Assembly (NCBI RefSeq): GCF_963921235.1
Contig: NC_086108.1
Location: 26,102,001-26,166,000, forward strand
DNA: 64,000 bases
Direction: 5' to 3'
From: Mobula hypostoma
Lineage: Eukaryota
Position numbers and translations under genes: made by a program. The notes under the pieces were generated by a model, which saw nothing but the letters and a program-made list of their open reading frames with translations, searched no databases and was not told where the DNA came from. Of the stretch, positions 12,066 to 24,633 are shown piece after piece. Positions within the stretch are counted from its first letter, which is position 1, and every line of letters starts with the position of its first letter.

Positions 12066-15000
12066 TTTTTAGATATTTTTATTTTTATTTATTACAAACA
12101 AAAAACACAAAAAATACAGCACATCCACAAAAACCACAACCATAACAAAATCAAATTAAATATTGAGCAACAAAAGGGAGAAAAATATAAAGGCAAAAGT
12201 AAACATACATAGCAGAGGTGCACGGCACCAAAGAAACCTCAGTCCTCACCCTGTGAGAAAGTCCAATACAGGGCCCCATATCCTTTCAAAGATGTCCACT
12301 CTGTCCTCATTACATAGTTCTCAGTCTCTCTAAATGTCAAGTATTTGCCAGTTCTCTCAGCCACAGATCGTACATAGGCACAGCGTCCATTTTCCACATT
12401 TGCAGGATTAACTTCTTAGCAATCACCATTGCAAATAACACAGCCATTTTTTCATACATATTCGGTGAGGATAGGGAGCTTGCTGCTCCAAGGATGGCTA
12501 GGAGCGGGTCTGGTTCCCACCGCTTCCCAAAAGCCTCAGAGACACAGTGAAAAATACTTTTCCAGTATGCATAAAGCTTACAACATGACCAGAATGAATG
12601 TGACAAGTTACTGTTCACAGATTTACATCTATTGCAAACTGGTGAAATATCAGGGTAGAAACTGTGCAACTTTTCTTTGGAATAATGGAGTCTATGTATT
12701 GTTTTAAACTGTATAAGTCTGTGTCTGACGTTGAATGAACAATAACGTATACTCTTTAAATACTCATCCCAGACTTCCTCTCTCAGTTCTATACCCAATT
12801 CATCCACCCATGCCTGTTTAAAACCTGCAGTATTCACCCGAGCTCCATTATGTAGGATCTGATAAAAATAGGATACCGCACTACAAGTAACAGGATCAAA
12901 TTTATATATTGCCTCCAGGGACTCATGTTTGTCTAAAACTTCGAAGTTAGGTATACATTTCCTAACATAATCTCGAATTTGTAAACATCTAAAAAACTAG
13001 ATGCAGGGATATTGTAAACTGCTTGTAACTGCGCAAATGCGGCAAAGTTTCCATGAGACCATAAGTCCATAAGACAAAGGAACAGAAGTTGGCCATTCGG
13101 CCCATCGAGTCTGCTCCGCCATTTTATCATGAGCTGATCCATTCTCCCATTTAGTCCCACTCCCCCGCCTTCTCACCATAACCTTTGATGCCCTGGCTAC
13201 TCAGATATCTGCCTTAAATACACCCAATGACTTGGCCTCCATTGCTGCCCGTGGCAACAAATTCCATAGATTCACCACCCTCTGACTAAAAAAATTCCTT
13301 CGTATTTCTGTTCTGAATGGGCGCCCTTCATACTAGACTCCCACATCATGGGAAACAACTTTGCCACATCCACTCTGTCCATGCCTTTCAACATTCGAAA
13401 TGTTTCTATGAGGTCTCCCCTCATTCTTCTAAACTCCAAGGAATACAGTCCAAGAGCGGACAAACGTTCCTTATATGTTAACCCTCTCGTTCCCGGAATC
13501 ATTCCAGTGAATCTTCTCTGTACCCTCTCCAACGTCAGCACATCCTTTCTTAAATAAGGAGACCAAAGCTGCCCACAGTACTCCAAGTGAGGTCTCGCCA
13601 GTGCCTTATAGAGCCTCAACATCACATCCCTGCTCCTATACTCTATTCCTCCAGAAATGAATGCCAACATTGCATTCGCCTTCTTCACCACCGACTCAAC
13701 CTGGAGGTTAACCTTAAGGGTATCCTGTACGAGGACTCCCAAGTCCCGTTGCATCTCAGAACTTTGAATTCTTTCCCCATTTAAATAATAGTCTACCCAT
13801 TTATTTCTTCTGCCAAAGTGCATAATCATACACTTTCCAACATTGTATTTCATTTGCCATTTCTCTGCCCATTCTTCCAATCTATCTAAGTTTCTCTGCA
13901 GACTCTCCGTTTCCTCAGCACTACTGGCCCCTCCACCTATCTTCGTATCGTCAGCAAACTTAGCCCCAAAGCCATCTATTCCATAATCCAAATCGTTGAT
14001 GTACAATGTAAAAAGAAGCGGCCCCAACACGAACCCCCGTGGAACACCAATTATTATATAGTTTCCATTAATATATAGGTCACCTGTACTACAGATGCCA
14101 TTCTGTTTCCAAGTAGAGAAAAAAGTATCATTCAGGCCAGGCAAAAAGGAATGATTGTCACAAGTCGGAGTATCAATATAAGTTTTTGGGGCCTTAGTGT
14201 GTAGTTGAATCTGCTTCCAAATTCTTATAGTGCTGCCAACTACAAAGCTATTACTAAGATGTGACTTATTAACTGCAGTGGGGCTATTAAGGAGAGTCTT
14301 CTTACAAAGCATTCGCTCTATGAGTAACCATGCTGGACACGAGTCTGAGGTAGAGGGTGGGCCTTTTTTCCACCATGCAAGAATGGATAAGTGGGTAGCC
14401 CAGTAATACAGTTTAACGTTCAGTAGGGCAAAAACACCTGCTTCCTTGGGTTTTGACAAGTGTTTTTTAATAATTCTAATGGCTTTATAATTCCAAATGA
14501 AGGGTATAATAATTGAATCCAATTGCTTAAAATACAATGGAGGAATAAAACATGGAATTGACTGGAAAAGATGAAGAGATCATGGCAGTACAATCATCTT
14601 GATTGCGTTAACTCTCCCCACCAACGAAATTGGAAGGGTTTTCCAAAAGTCAATATTGCGTTTAACCTGCTCAACTTTGTTTCGCCAATTCATTAGCAAA
14701 AGGTTATCTGGGTTTTTTGTAATAGTCACACCAAGATAGGAAAAATTATCATAAGTTATTTTAAAGGGAATAGATTGTAAATACGCTGTATTAACCACTG
14801 CAGTGACTGGCATTAGTTCACTCTTATCCCAATTAGTAGAGAAACCCGAGAAACTGCCAAAATTATTAATTCGAGTCAGGAGGGTGGGTATTGATGTTTG
14901 TGGACTAGAGATATATAAAAGGACATCGTCAGCATATAACAAAAGGTGAAGTTTATGTCCATGCATATCAATGGGAGATATCAAAGGGTCCTGTCTGATG

Positions 15001-16692
15001 CTAACAGCCAATGGCTCAATGTTAACTGCAAACAAAAACGGAGAAAGGAGGCAGCCTTGACGAGACCCACGATGAATTGCAAAAGGGGAGGAAATGTTCT
15101 GATTAGTGATAATAGAAGCAGATGGGTGTGAATAAACTATCTCAATCCATTTAGTGAAAGATGGTCCAAATCCAAATTTCTTAAGTGCAAACATCATATA
15201 TGGCCATTCCACTTGGTCAAACGCATGCTGCACATCTAATGAAATGACTACAGCCTCTTCAGCATGTTTCGTATGTAAAATATTGAAAAGACGACACAAA
15301 TTAAAATACATAAGTCTAACCTGGTATAAAGCCAGTTTGATCTGGATGAATAATAGAACAAATGCATTCTTTTAACCTACTGACCAGGACTTTCCTAAGA
15401 ATTTTGGTTTCAATGGGCAGCAGCAAAATGGGGCGATATGATGAAAACACCTCGGGATCACGGCCTGGTTTTGGAATCAGAGAAACATTAGATTTACATA
15501 AAGTGGGTGGCAATCTGGAAGCTATCCTAGAGTGATTCAACATTTGTAAGAGCAGAGGTGACAATTTTGGACCAAATACCTTGAAGAATTCTATGCTAAA
15601 AACATTCAGACCCGCTGCCTTATTATTGGGGAGGGAAGCGATGACCTTCTTGATCTCATCTAGGCTTATATCAGCATCAAATGTGTTTACTGAATCTGTG
15701 GACAGCGTGGGCAGATTCAGATTGTCAAAAAATGCTTCCATAGCTTCAACGTCCAGACCGCCTTGTGTTTGGTAAACATTAGCATAGAACTCCGCAAAAC
15801 ACTTACTAATTTTTTCCGGGTTTGTCAATAAAAAGCCATCTTTCGCCTTTATACGATGTATGGTCCTGGAGGCCTGCATCTGTCTTAACTGATGGGCTAG
15901 TAACATATGGGGCTTTTCACCAAGCTCAAGATACCTCCGTCTGACTTGTGTCAGTAGGTTTGAAACACTCTTGGATATTATAGATTTATACTCATACCAT
16001 AGGGCAGTAATCTTAAGTAATTCTGCTTCCTGTTTTATTTTGTAAGAAGCTTCCAGATTTGCCAACTGATCATCTATTTCTGTTAACCTTTTCTTGAATC
16101 TTCTTTTTTCCGCTGTCTCATATGCTATTATGCAACTCTAATAACTGCCTTCATGGCCTCCCAAAGAGTAGAATCATCAACACTGCCCACATCATTGGTG
16201 CTTAAGTATAGATCTATCTTATCTGAAAGATAAGAGCAAAAATCCTTATCCTCTAGCAAAGCATTATTTAAACGCCAACTATATTCACCTCTTTTGTGGT
16301 TCAATTTGAGTGTAAGGGAGACAGGAGTATGATCCGATATAAGTATATTATGGTGAGTGCAACCGACTACTGACAAGACCAATTTCGAATCTAACAGAAA
16401 ATAATCAATCCTCGAGTAGGATTTATGTACTGCGGAGAAATATGAAAAATCCTTCTTCCTGGGATTAAGAAGCCTCCAAATATCCACTATGTTATACGAT
16501 TGCATGAGATTATTAAGTGTAACACTATTTTTTAAGTGAACAAACTTGGGGATGTTGTCTATCTAGGAGGGAATTTAAGATGCAATTATGTTAGAGTCAG
16601 ACAGATTAGGCATGGCCTTAAAGAGGTTCTGAAAAAAAATTGGATCATCAAAGTTGGGCCCGTACACATTCACTAGTGTCAATGATATAGAA
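12066..16692 (-). mobile_element. L1/Tx1-clade LINE ORF2 region, 5'-truncated and frameshifted
   Basis: APE endonuclease motifs (LVNVYGPN, SYSRIDYFL, ISDHTPV), RT motifs (RQGCLLSPFLF, LYADDVLL) and a C-terminal zinc finger (CNRC...HSFWSC). The A-rich 3' end reads as a T-rich run at ~12066-12093. Confidence 0.9.
13055..14049 (-). mobile_element. Young 5'-truncated CR1 inserted in the L1
   Basis: GVPRGFVLGPLLFTLYINDL...KFADDTK, with a (TCTTATGG)n-type tail and a 9-bp TSD AGTTTCCAT at 13046-13054 and 14060-14068. Confidence 0.92.
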
Positions 16693-16703
16693 ATTTCAAT
16701 ATA

Positions 16704-17790
16704 GTGGGCCCCCCAGGGCTGTGTGCTCAGTCCACTGCTGTTCACTCTGCTGACCCACGACTGTGCAGCAATACACAGCTCGAATCTCATCGTCAGGTTT
16801 ACCGATGACACAACCCTGGTGGGTTTCATCAGCAAGAACGATGAGTCAGCATACAGAGAGGAGGTGCAGGGGCTAACGGACTGGTGCAGAGCCAACAACC
16901 TGTCTCTGAATGTGAACAAAACAAAAGAGATGGTTGTTGACTTCAGGAGAGCACGGAGCGACCACTCTCTGCTGAACATTGACAACTCCTCCATAGTTAA
17001 GTGCACCACATTTCTTGGTGTTCACCTGGTGGAGAATCTCACTTGGTCCCTCAACACCAGCTTCTTAGCCAAGAAAGCCCAGCAGCGTCTCTACTTTCTG
17101 CGAAGGCTGAGAAAAGTCCATCTCCCACACCCCCATCCTCACCACATTCTACAGAGGATGTATCGAGAGCATCCTGAGCAGCTGCATCACTGCCTGGTTC
17201 AGAAATTGCACCGTCTCAGATCGCAAAACCCTGCAGCAGATAGTGAGGTCAGCTGAGAAGATCATCGGGGTCTCTTTTCCCGCTATTACAGATATTTACA
17301 CCACACACTGCACCCGCAAAGCTAACAGTATTGTGAAGGACCCCACACACCCCTCACACAAACTCTTCTCCCTCCTGCCATCTGGCAAAAGGCACCGAAG
17401 CATTCAAGCTCTCACGACTAGACTATGCAACAGTTTCTTCCCCCAAGCCATCAGACTCCTCAATACTCAGAGTCTAGACTGACGTCCACATGATTTATTA
17501 TTATATTGTAATTTGTCCTCTACTGTGCCTATTGTCTTGTTTATTAATTATTGTACTGCCCTGCACTGTTTTGTGCACTTCATGTAGTCCTGTGCAGGTC
17601 TAGTCTAGTGCAGTTTTTATGTTGTTTTACATAGCCTTGTGCTGTCTCACTTAGTCTAGTGTAGTTTTGTGTTGTTTCATGTAGCACCAGGATCCTGGAG
17701 GAACGTTGTTTCGTTTTTACTGTGTACTGTACTAGCAGCTTATTCTCGAAATGACAATAAACTTGTCTTGACTTGACTTGACTTGACTTG
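16704..17790 (+). mobile_element. Rex1/Babar LINE, 5'-truncated, relatively young
   Basis: APQGCVLSPLLFTLLTHDC...RFTDDTT...KKAQQRLYFLRRLRK and HPSHKLFSLLPSGKR...SFFPQAIRLLN, ending in AATAAA plus a (CTTGA)n tail. Confidence 0.9.
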
Positions 17791-19487
17791 TATATTAGGA
17801 TCAATTTTAAGAAGAATTGTAAACTTTTAGCAGTGAGTCCCAAACACTTGGCTTTCTGGAAGCTGACAGTGAAGGCAAACCAACATTAGAGGAAACTGAA
17901 ACATTGAATTTCAATGACTACTGAAACCTCACATTTGCTTCCTTGGGTGCCTGTACAAGGTTTTATTATGAAATGGGGTTGTGAGACTATTTAGAAGCTG
18001 TAGGGAAACATTGCAATGGCTGGAGCTAATGATATAAATGTTCTAGTTTCTAAATTCACCCTTGTTACTGTGGGATTATTCCAGGACTCTGTGGAAGCCA
18101 TTTGCTGTGTTTCCCAATTGGCCGCTCACAAATGTGTATGTTGTGTGACTCATACCATCTTTGTTATATCCGCATCATTTGTGATGAGGCTGGAATGTAA
18201 AGGCACTCAGACTTGCTGAGATAACCATCAGGGCAGTGGTCCTGGAACCTTATGTGGACCGCAGCCACTGTGCTCACAGTGATATGCTGGAGGGGAAACC
18301 TTTACTGGTTCAGTGAAGACTTCTAGGTGATCTGGTGGTAAATGGGTGTGGGACCAAACATGCTCTCAACCTGACTGACCTGCTGCCCATACACTGTGCT
18401 CACTTGCGATGTTTGTCATAAGATTGAAACCTCACTCAGAAGATTGAATAAGGCATCAAGAGAAATTAAAGATATGAAGTAGAACTATTGCAGTGCAAAT
18501 ATTTGAGATCATTGTGGCTTTTCTCACCCACTGTTGGCTTCAAGTCAATCTGTCAGAACAATTATGCACTGCAATAAACCAGATGGAATTCTATGAGGCC
18601 CCCAAAGCCCGGTCACCTAAGGCACATCATGTCAACCACCCCAGTGTCTCATTCTCTTCCAGCTTCTTGTTGTGGAATGGTTATAAATCTGTTACCATAT
18701 CTTTGTCTCTCCTTGGTGTTTTGTGCTCTCTTCAGGAAAGAATGAATAGACCCCAAGTCTGACTTGAATGGCATGTGTCAAATCTTGCAACTTTGACCAT
18801 TCAATTAATCCTTCACTTCAAATGAAAATGCTTCAGTATCCCAAGCCCTTCTTTACAAACACAATTTTTGGACACAGAATTGTTTTAATAAATCTTCCGC
18901 ATGATGGTCCCTGTCTCCAGTGTTGTCCTGAATGTTAGTATACTGACAGAAAGGGAGGGAGGGAGTTGGCAGTGATGTTCACTAAATGGAGACATATCTG
19001 AATGTTCTTGCAACATTTGGCTAATGTTTCTTTCGATCTCTAATGCTACAAAACCAGGTTTCCTGCCAATCAGAGTATGATAACAATCTGAACAATTTGA
19101 TTTTAATGCTACAACTGAAAGGCTTGCAGACAAACCAAGGCTATCAGTTAGTTCACTGTTTTGTCATTGAGTGGACTACAGAGGGCAGTAAGACCAGGGA
19201 TGAATGCAACTGCAGTTCATTACTGCACAATTGTATTGCTAAACACCATCAATTTAACCTATTTGCATAGATTGTTTTAACGCATTTCTCACTGGTATAC
19301 GGTATTAGTGTTTGCCAGCTTACTTTCACCGTTGGTGAGGGCACTATAGAGAGATACAACTCTAAAACAGGCTATTCAGCCTACTGTCCTCACTGACCAC
19401 CAAACACCCATGTTTATACTGAACCTAGTCTAACCCATCTTATTTTCTTTACGTTCCCAGCAAACTCCCCCAGGATCTACTGCTCTT

Positions 19488-19825
19488 TCACAACATATCA
19501 AATCTCCTCAAATCCCTCACAAAGTAGTGGCACTGGAATGCCACCATCATGACTTCTTCAACGTGTTCAGACCAGGATAGATCTTCAGAGATGTTAACAT
19601 CCAGGAAGTTGAAGCTCCTCACCTTCTCCACTGCTGACCCTTCGATGAGGATTGGTATGTGTTCTCCTGATTTCCCCTTCCTGAAGTCCACAATAAATTC
19701 CTTGGCCATACTCTCAGTGAGTGCAAGGTTGTTGTGACACCATTCAATCAGCTGATCTATCTCACTCCTGTGCTCCTACTCATCACCATCTAAGGCCTGC
19801 CAAAAACAGTTGTGTCATTAGTGAA
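19488..19825 (-). mobile_element. Rex1/Babar LINE fragment
   Basis: KEFIVDFRKG...VEKVRSFNFLDVNISEDLSWS (ORF 19488..19709). Confidence 0.75.
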
Positions 19826-19844
19826 TCCTGTCTCTCTTCTCATC

Positions 19845-20025
19845 CTGTCTTTTGTAAGATGTCATCTCTGATCATCTGCTCTCAAGATGAGGTTTTCTGG
19901 CCCAGGACATGTGAAATGGCCTCCTTTTTTAAGAAGTGTGGTTTCCTTTCCACCGTGGTTGATGGAATTCACTGTTGCATCTCTTCCGCTTCTCATGTCT
20001 CTGCTCTCACCTGCCTCCCTCCAGA
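19845..20025 (+). mobile_element. Penelope-like element ORF fragment
   Basis: ICSQDEVFWPRTCEMASFFKKCGFLSTVVDG resembles the RICS...L...F..RGYP segment between the RT and GIY-YIG domains of Penelope-like elements. Confidence 0.6.
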
Positions 20026-20186
20026 GAAGGGGTTCCCAACCTGGGGTCTGCAGACCCTTCAACTAATGGTAATGGATTCAAGTTCCTGGGTGTCAATGTC
20101 TCTGAAAATCTTTTCTGGGCCCAGCATATTAATGCAGTCATGAAGGAGGCATTCCAGTGTCTCTACTTTGTTTGGAGTTCAAGGTA

Positions 20187-22465
20187 AGCAAAGAGAGGCT
20201 GTACTTGATCTGGTATTGGGAAATGAACCTGGTCAGGTGTCAGATCTTTCGGTGGGAGAGCATTTTAGAGGTAGTGACCACAACTCTATCTCCTTCATCA
20301 TAGTGCTGGAGAGAGATGGGAGCAGACAATATCAGAAAACATTTAATTAGGGTAGGAGGAAATATGATGCTATTAGGCAGGAACTTGGGAGCATAAATTG
20401 GGAGCAGATGTTCTCAGAGAAATGCATTGTAGAAATGTGGCAAACGTTCAGGGAATATTTGCATGGAGTTCTACATAGGTATGTGTTCCATTGAGGCAGG
20501 GAAACAATAGTAAGGTTAGAGAACCATGGTGTACAAAGGATGTAGAAAGCCTACTTAAGAAGAAGAGAAAAGCTTTATGAAAGGTTCAAGAAGCTAGGTA
20601 CTGTTAGAGCTCTGGAAAATTACAAGGTTGCTAAGAAGGAACTGAAGAATGGAATTAGGAGAGCCAGAAGGGGCATGAAAAGGCCTTGGTGAGCAGGATT
20701 AAGGAAAACCCCAAGGCATTCTACAAGTATGTTCAAGTGTAAAAGGATGAGCCGTGTGAGAATAGGACCAATCAGGTGTGACAGTGGAAACGTGTGCATG
20801 GAGTCAGAGGAGGTAGCAGAGGTACATAATGAGTACTTTGCTTCAGTATCTACCAGGGAAAAAAACCTTGGCAATTGTTGGGATGACATATAGCGAACCG
20901 AAATGCTTGAGCATATAGATATTAAGAAAGAGGATGTGCTGGAGCGTATGAAAAGCATTGAGTTAGATAACTCACTGGGACCCCAGGCTGCTGTGGGAAG
21001 TAAGGGAGGAGATTTCTAAGCCTCTTGCGATGATCTTTGCATCATCAATACGGACAGGAGAAGTACCGAAGGATTGGAGGTTTGCAAATGTTGTTCCCTT
21101 GTTCAAGAAAGGGAGTATGGATAATCCAGAAAATTATGGACCAGTGAGTCGTACTTCAGTGGTGGGCAAGTTTTGGAGAAGATCCTGAGAGGCATGATTA
21201 ATGAGCTTTTGAAGAGACATAATCTGATTAGGGATAGTCAGCATGGTTTTGTCAAGGGCAGGTCATGCCTTACAAGCCTGATTGAATTCTTTGAAGATGT
21301 AACAAAACACATTGATGAAGGTAGAGCAGTGGGTGTGGTGTATATGGATTTCAGTAAGGTATTTGCTAAGGTTCCCCAAAAAGGCTGCTTCAGAAAGTAA
21401 GGAGGGATGGGATCTAAGGAGACCTTGCTTTGTGGATCCAAAATTGGCTTGCCCACAGAAGGTGGTGTTCCACAGGGATCTGTTTTGGGACCCCTCCTCT
21501 TTGTGATTTTTATAAATGACCTGGATGAAGAAGTAGAAGCATGGTTTAGTAAGTTTGCTGATGACACAAAGATTGGAGGTGTTGTGGATAGTCTGGAGGG
21601 CTGTCAGAGGTTACAGCAGGACATCAATAGGATGCAGAACAGGGCTGAGAAGTGGCAGATGGATTTCAACCCAGATAATTGGTTCATTTTGGTAGGTCAA
21701 ATTTGAAAACAAAATATAACACTAATCGTAAGACTTGGCAGTGTGGAGGATCTCAGAGATCTTGGGGTCTGTGTCCATAGGACACTCAAAGCTGCTGCAT
21801 AGTTTGACAGCATTGTTAAGAAGGCGTATGGTGTGTTGGCATTCATTAACTGTGCATTTGAATTCATGAGCCGTGAGCTAATGTTGCAGCTATATAAGAC
21901 CTTGGTCAGACCCCACTTGGAGTGCTGTGTTCAGTTCTGGTCACCGCATTACAGGAAGGATGTGGATAATATAGAGAGGGTGCAGAGGAGATTTATAACG
22001 ATGTTGCCTGGATTAGAGGGTGTTCCTTATGAGAATAGGTTGAGTGAACTTGGCCTTTTCTCCTTGGTGTGACGGAGCATGAGAAGTGACCTTATAGAGG
22101 TTTATAAGATGATGAGGGGCATTGATCATGTTGATAGCCAGAGGATTTTTCCTAGGGCTGAAATGGCTACATGAGGGGGAATAGTTTGAAGGTGCTTAGA
22201 GGTAGGTATCAAGGGGTTGTCAGGGGTAGGTTTTTCACACAGAGAATGGTGGGTGCGTGGAATGCATTGCCCCGGCTGTAGTGGTGGAAGCAGATACAAC
22301 AGGGTCTTTTGAGAGCCTCTTAGATAGGTACCTGAAGCTTAGAAAAATAGAGGGCAATGCGCTAGGGAAAATCTAAGCAGATTCTAGAGTAGGTTACATG
22401 GTCGATACAACATTGAAGGTCGAAGGGCCTCTAATGTGCTGTGGATTTCTATGTTCTATGTTCTA
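20187..22465 (+). mobile_element. CR1 LINE ORF2, 5'-truncated, nested in a Rex1/Babar relic (20075-20185 and 22466-22640)
   Basis: EAVLDLVLGNEP...SDHNSI, SQHGFVKGRSCLTSLIEFFE and GVPQGSVLGP...FADDTK, with a (TTCTATG)n tail. Rex1-like sequence flanks both sides. Confidence 0.88.
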
Positions 22466-23214
22466 AAATTTGTCCGTCTGAAAAAATTCTACAGATGTAT
22501 CATGGAGTGCTTTCTGACTGGTTGCATCATCACAGAACAGGATGGGAAAAAGTTGCAGAGGGTTGTAAACTCAGCCAGCTCCATCATTGGCACTCGCCTC
22601 CCCAGCATCATGGTTATCTTCAAAAGTCGCATCTTTTTAAGAGGTAAACCTCCTTTCTCTTTTTGGCAATGGGAATGTGTTTGATCCCTGCATGAAATGT
22701 GCACAATATGAGCAGTAACCAGTTAAAGTAAGCAATTTGTTTTTAAAGACAAAGTACATTTTGCTCTTTAACTGTATATTAAAGAAGGTTGGCATCATTA
22801 TAATATGTGCTTTACATTGGAATTCTTGCTCTCAGAACTTATAATTTAGTATACAAAAAAGCATTACATAGTACTATGGTTTTTAATATCCCTCTTTTCT
22901 CCTTTCTGCTCTTAAAGAATGTTCAAAGATTTAAGGTGTACCTGTCATTGATATATGGAAACTGAAATATCAGAAGAGGTATTTTAGAAGTTTGAGTGGA
23001 ATTTAAAGGTATTTTGCCCACATTTTAATAATTTTGATGCTATTTTATGCTAGTGCAATTATAGAAAGTTGCTTAAACTATTCAATATATGTTCAAAATG
23101 GCACATTGAAAGTCACTGTGAAATAATGCACTTCGCATGTGAGTCTGTTGTAATGTCTCAAATAAATACATCTACTTGTGTTGGTTGAAAAATCTATAGA
23201 CTGTCCCTGGGATA

Positions 23215-23460
23215 TGTGTTGTTCTCAGTTAGTAGCACTCTCACATATTTGTCAGATAGTTTCATTCAAGCCCTACTTCAGAAATTACAAAAAAGGATGA
23301 TGTCAGACAAAGCACAGAGGGAGCCTTGCACTGTTACCGCAATGAGACATTTAACAAAAAGCCCTTCTGCTCTCTCAGGTGAATATAAAAGATCTCATTG
23401 CATTTTTTCACAAAAGGAAAGAGAGCATTCCCAATCTCCTGACTTCAATCTATATTCATG
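23215..23460 (+). mobile_element. Ancient tRNA-derived DeuSINE relic (SacSINE1/LF-SINE-like)
   Basis: ctcagttagtagcactctc...ttcaagccctacttcaga (tRNA-like head) and atgagacatttaac...tctgctctctcaggtgaatataaaagatctcattgca resemble the Deu domain as I recall it; heavily diverged. Confidence 0.5.
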
Positions 23461-23680
23461 AAATGGCAGCTCATTAGTTGTGAATTGCTGTGAAATAGGA
23501 AGGAGTTCCAAAAGCCTGAGAGATATAGAAACTTCCTGTATTAATACTTCACAAGTTTACTTATACTTCAAACTTAGCAACTTCATCCAAAGACTTCGCT
23601 GATAATTACCACACTCATTCAATAAAAAATGTACAGAAATTCAAAGTAAATTTATTATTGAAGTGTGTATATATATATAC

Positions 23681-23964
23681 ATAGGCATCTATTAGTCTTG
23701 TGAGAACATGGATTTGCGCCTTGGATGGTTTCCAGGGCGCGGGCTTGGGCGAGGTCGTATGGAAGACCAACAGTTGCCCATGCTGCAAGTCTCCCCTCTC
23801 CACGCCACCGATGTTGTCCAAGAGAAGGGCACTAAGGCCGATAGAGCTTGGCACCGGTGTCATTGCAGAGCAATGTGTGGTTAAGTGCCTTGCTCAAGGA
23901 CACAACACGCTGCCTCAGCTGAAGCTTGAACTAGTGACCTTCAGATCACTAGGCCGACGCCTTA
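23681..23964 (-). mobile_element. tRNA-derived CORE-SINE
   Basis: Minus strand has a B-box-like AGTTCAAGC followed by TGTGTCCTTGAGCAAGGCACTTAACC (CORE-domain signature). It interrupts a TA-rich site of the Rex1 tail. Confidence 0.7.
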
Positions 23965-24456
23965 TATGTCACCATATACAACCCTCAGTTACATTTACCT
24001 GCAGGCATACTCAATAAATCCATAATAGAATAATACCCATAACAAAATCAATGAAAGACCACACCAACTTGGGAACTCAACCGGTGTGCAGAAGATAACA
24101 AATTGTACAAATATAAAAAGAAAGAAATAATAATAATAAATAAGCAAAATATGTTGAGAATATGAGATGAAGAATCCTTGAAAGTGATTACATAGGTTGT
24201 CGGAACATTTCAATGATGGGGCAAATGAAGTTGCGTGAAGTTATCCCTTTTGGTTCTTGAGGCTTATAGTTGAGGGATAGTAACTGTTCCTGAAACTGGT
24301 GGTGAGTCCTAAGGCTCCTGTACCTTCTTTCTGATGGCAACAGCAAGCAGAGAGCTTGTCCTAGGTGGTGGGGTCGCAGGTGATAGCTGTTGATTTCCTA
24401 CGACAATGTTTCATGTAGGTGTGCGCAATGGTGGGAAAGGCTTTACCTGTGATGAA

Positions 24457-24633
24457 GGAAATCAGCAGGTCGGGCAGCATCAGTGGAAACGATCAGGCAA
24501 CGTTTCAGGCCGGAACCCTTTGTCCGGCCTGAAACGTTGACTGCTTGTTTCCACGGATGCTGCCCGACCTGCTGAGTTCCTCCAGCGTGTTGTGAGTGTT
24601 GCTTTGACGCCAGCATCTGCAGAGTATTTTGTG
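24457..24633. mobile_element. Penelope-like terminal-repeat insertion with inverted duplication
   Basis: 15-bp TSD TTTACCTGTGATGAA (24442-24456, 24634-24648). The 58-bp arms (24457-24514, 24523-24580) match at 53/58 positions around an 8-nt loop and contain GGCCTGAAACGTTGAC...GATGCTGCCCGACCTGCTGAGTTCCTCCAGC. Confidence 0.85.

Noticed and set aside
16575..17009. 144-aa minus-strand ORF ending in LVNVYGPN
   Set aside because: It is an antisense Rex1 frame running by chance into the L1 endonuclease fragment.
16723..17482. ORFs with KKAQQRLYFLRRLRK that automated pipelines may label ALKBH8-like (DUF1891)
   Set aside because: The motif follows RT motifs and precedes a LINE tail. It is the Rex1/Babar C-terminus, repeated many times in this window, not a host gene.
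17520..17790. Short repeated motifs (tagtctagtg, cttga) that might suggest an array
   Set aside because: These are a low-complexity Rex1 3' UTR and tail with no repeat-spacer periodicity. There is no CRISPR-like structure anywhere in the window.
18700..18765. Strong splice-acceptor-like tract ending CTCTCTTCAG
   Set aside because: All three frames stop within 9 codons and no donor is evident, so it is unsupported without transcripts.
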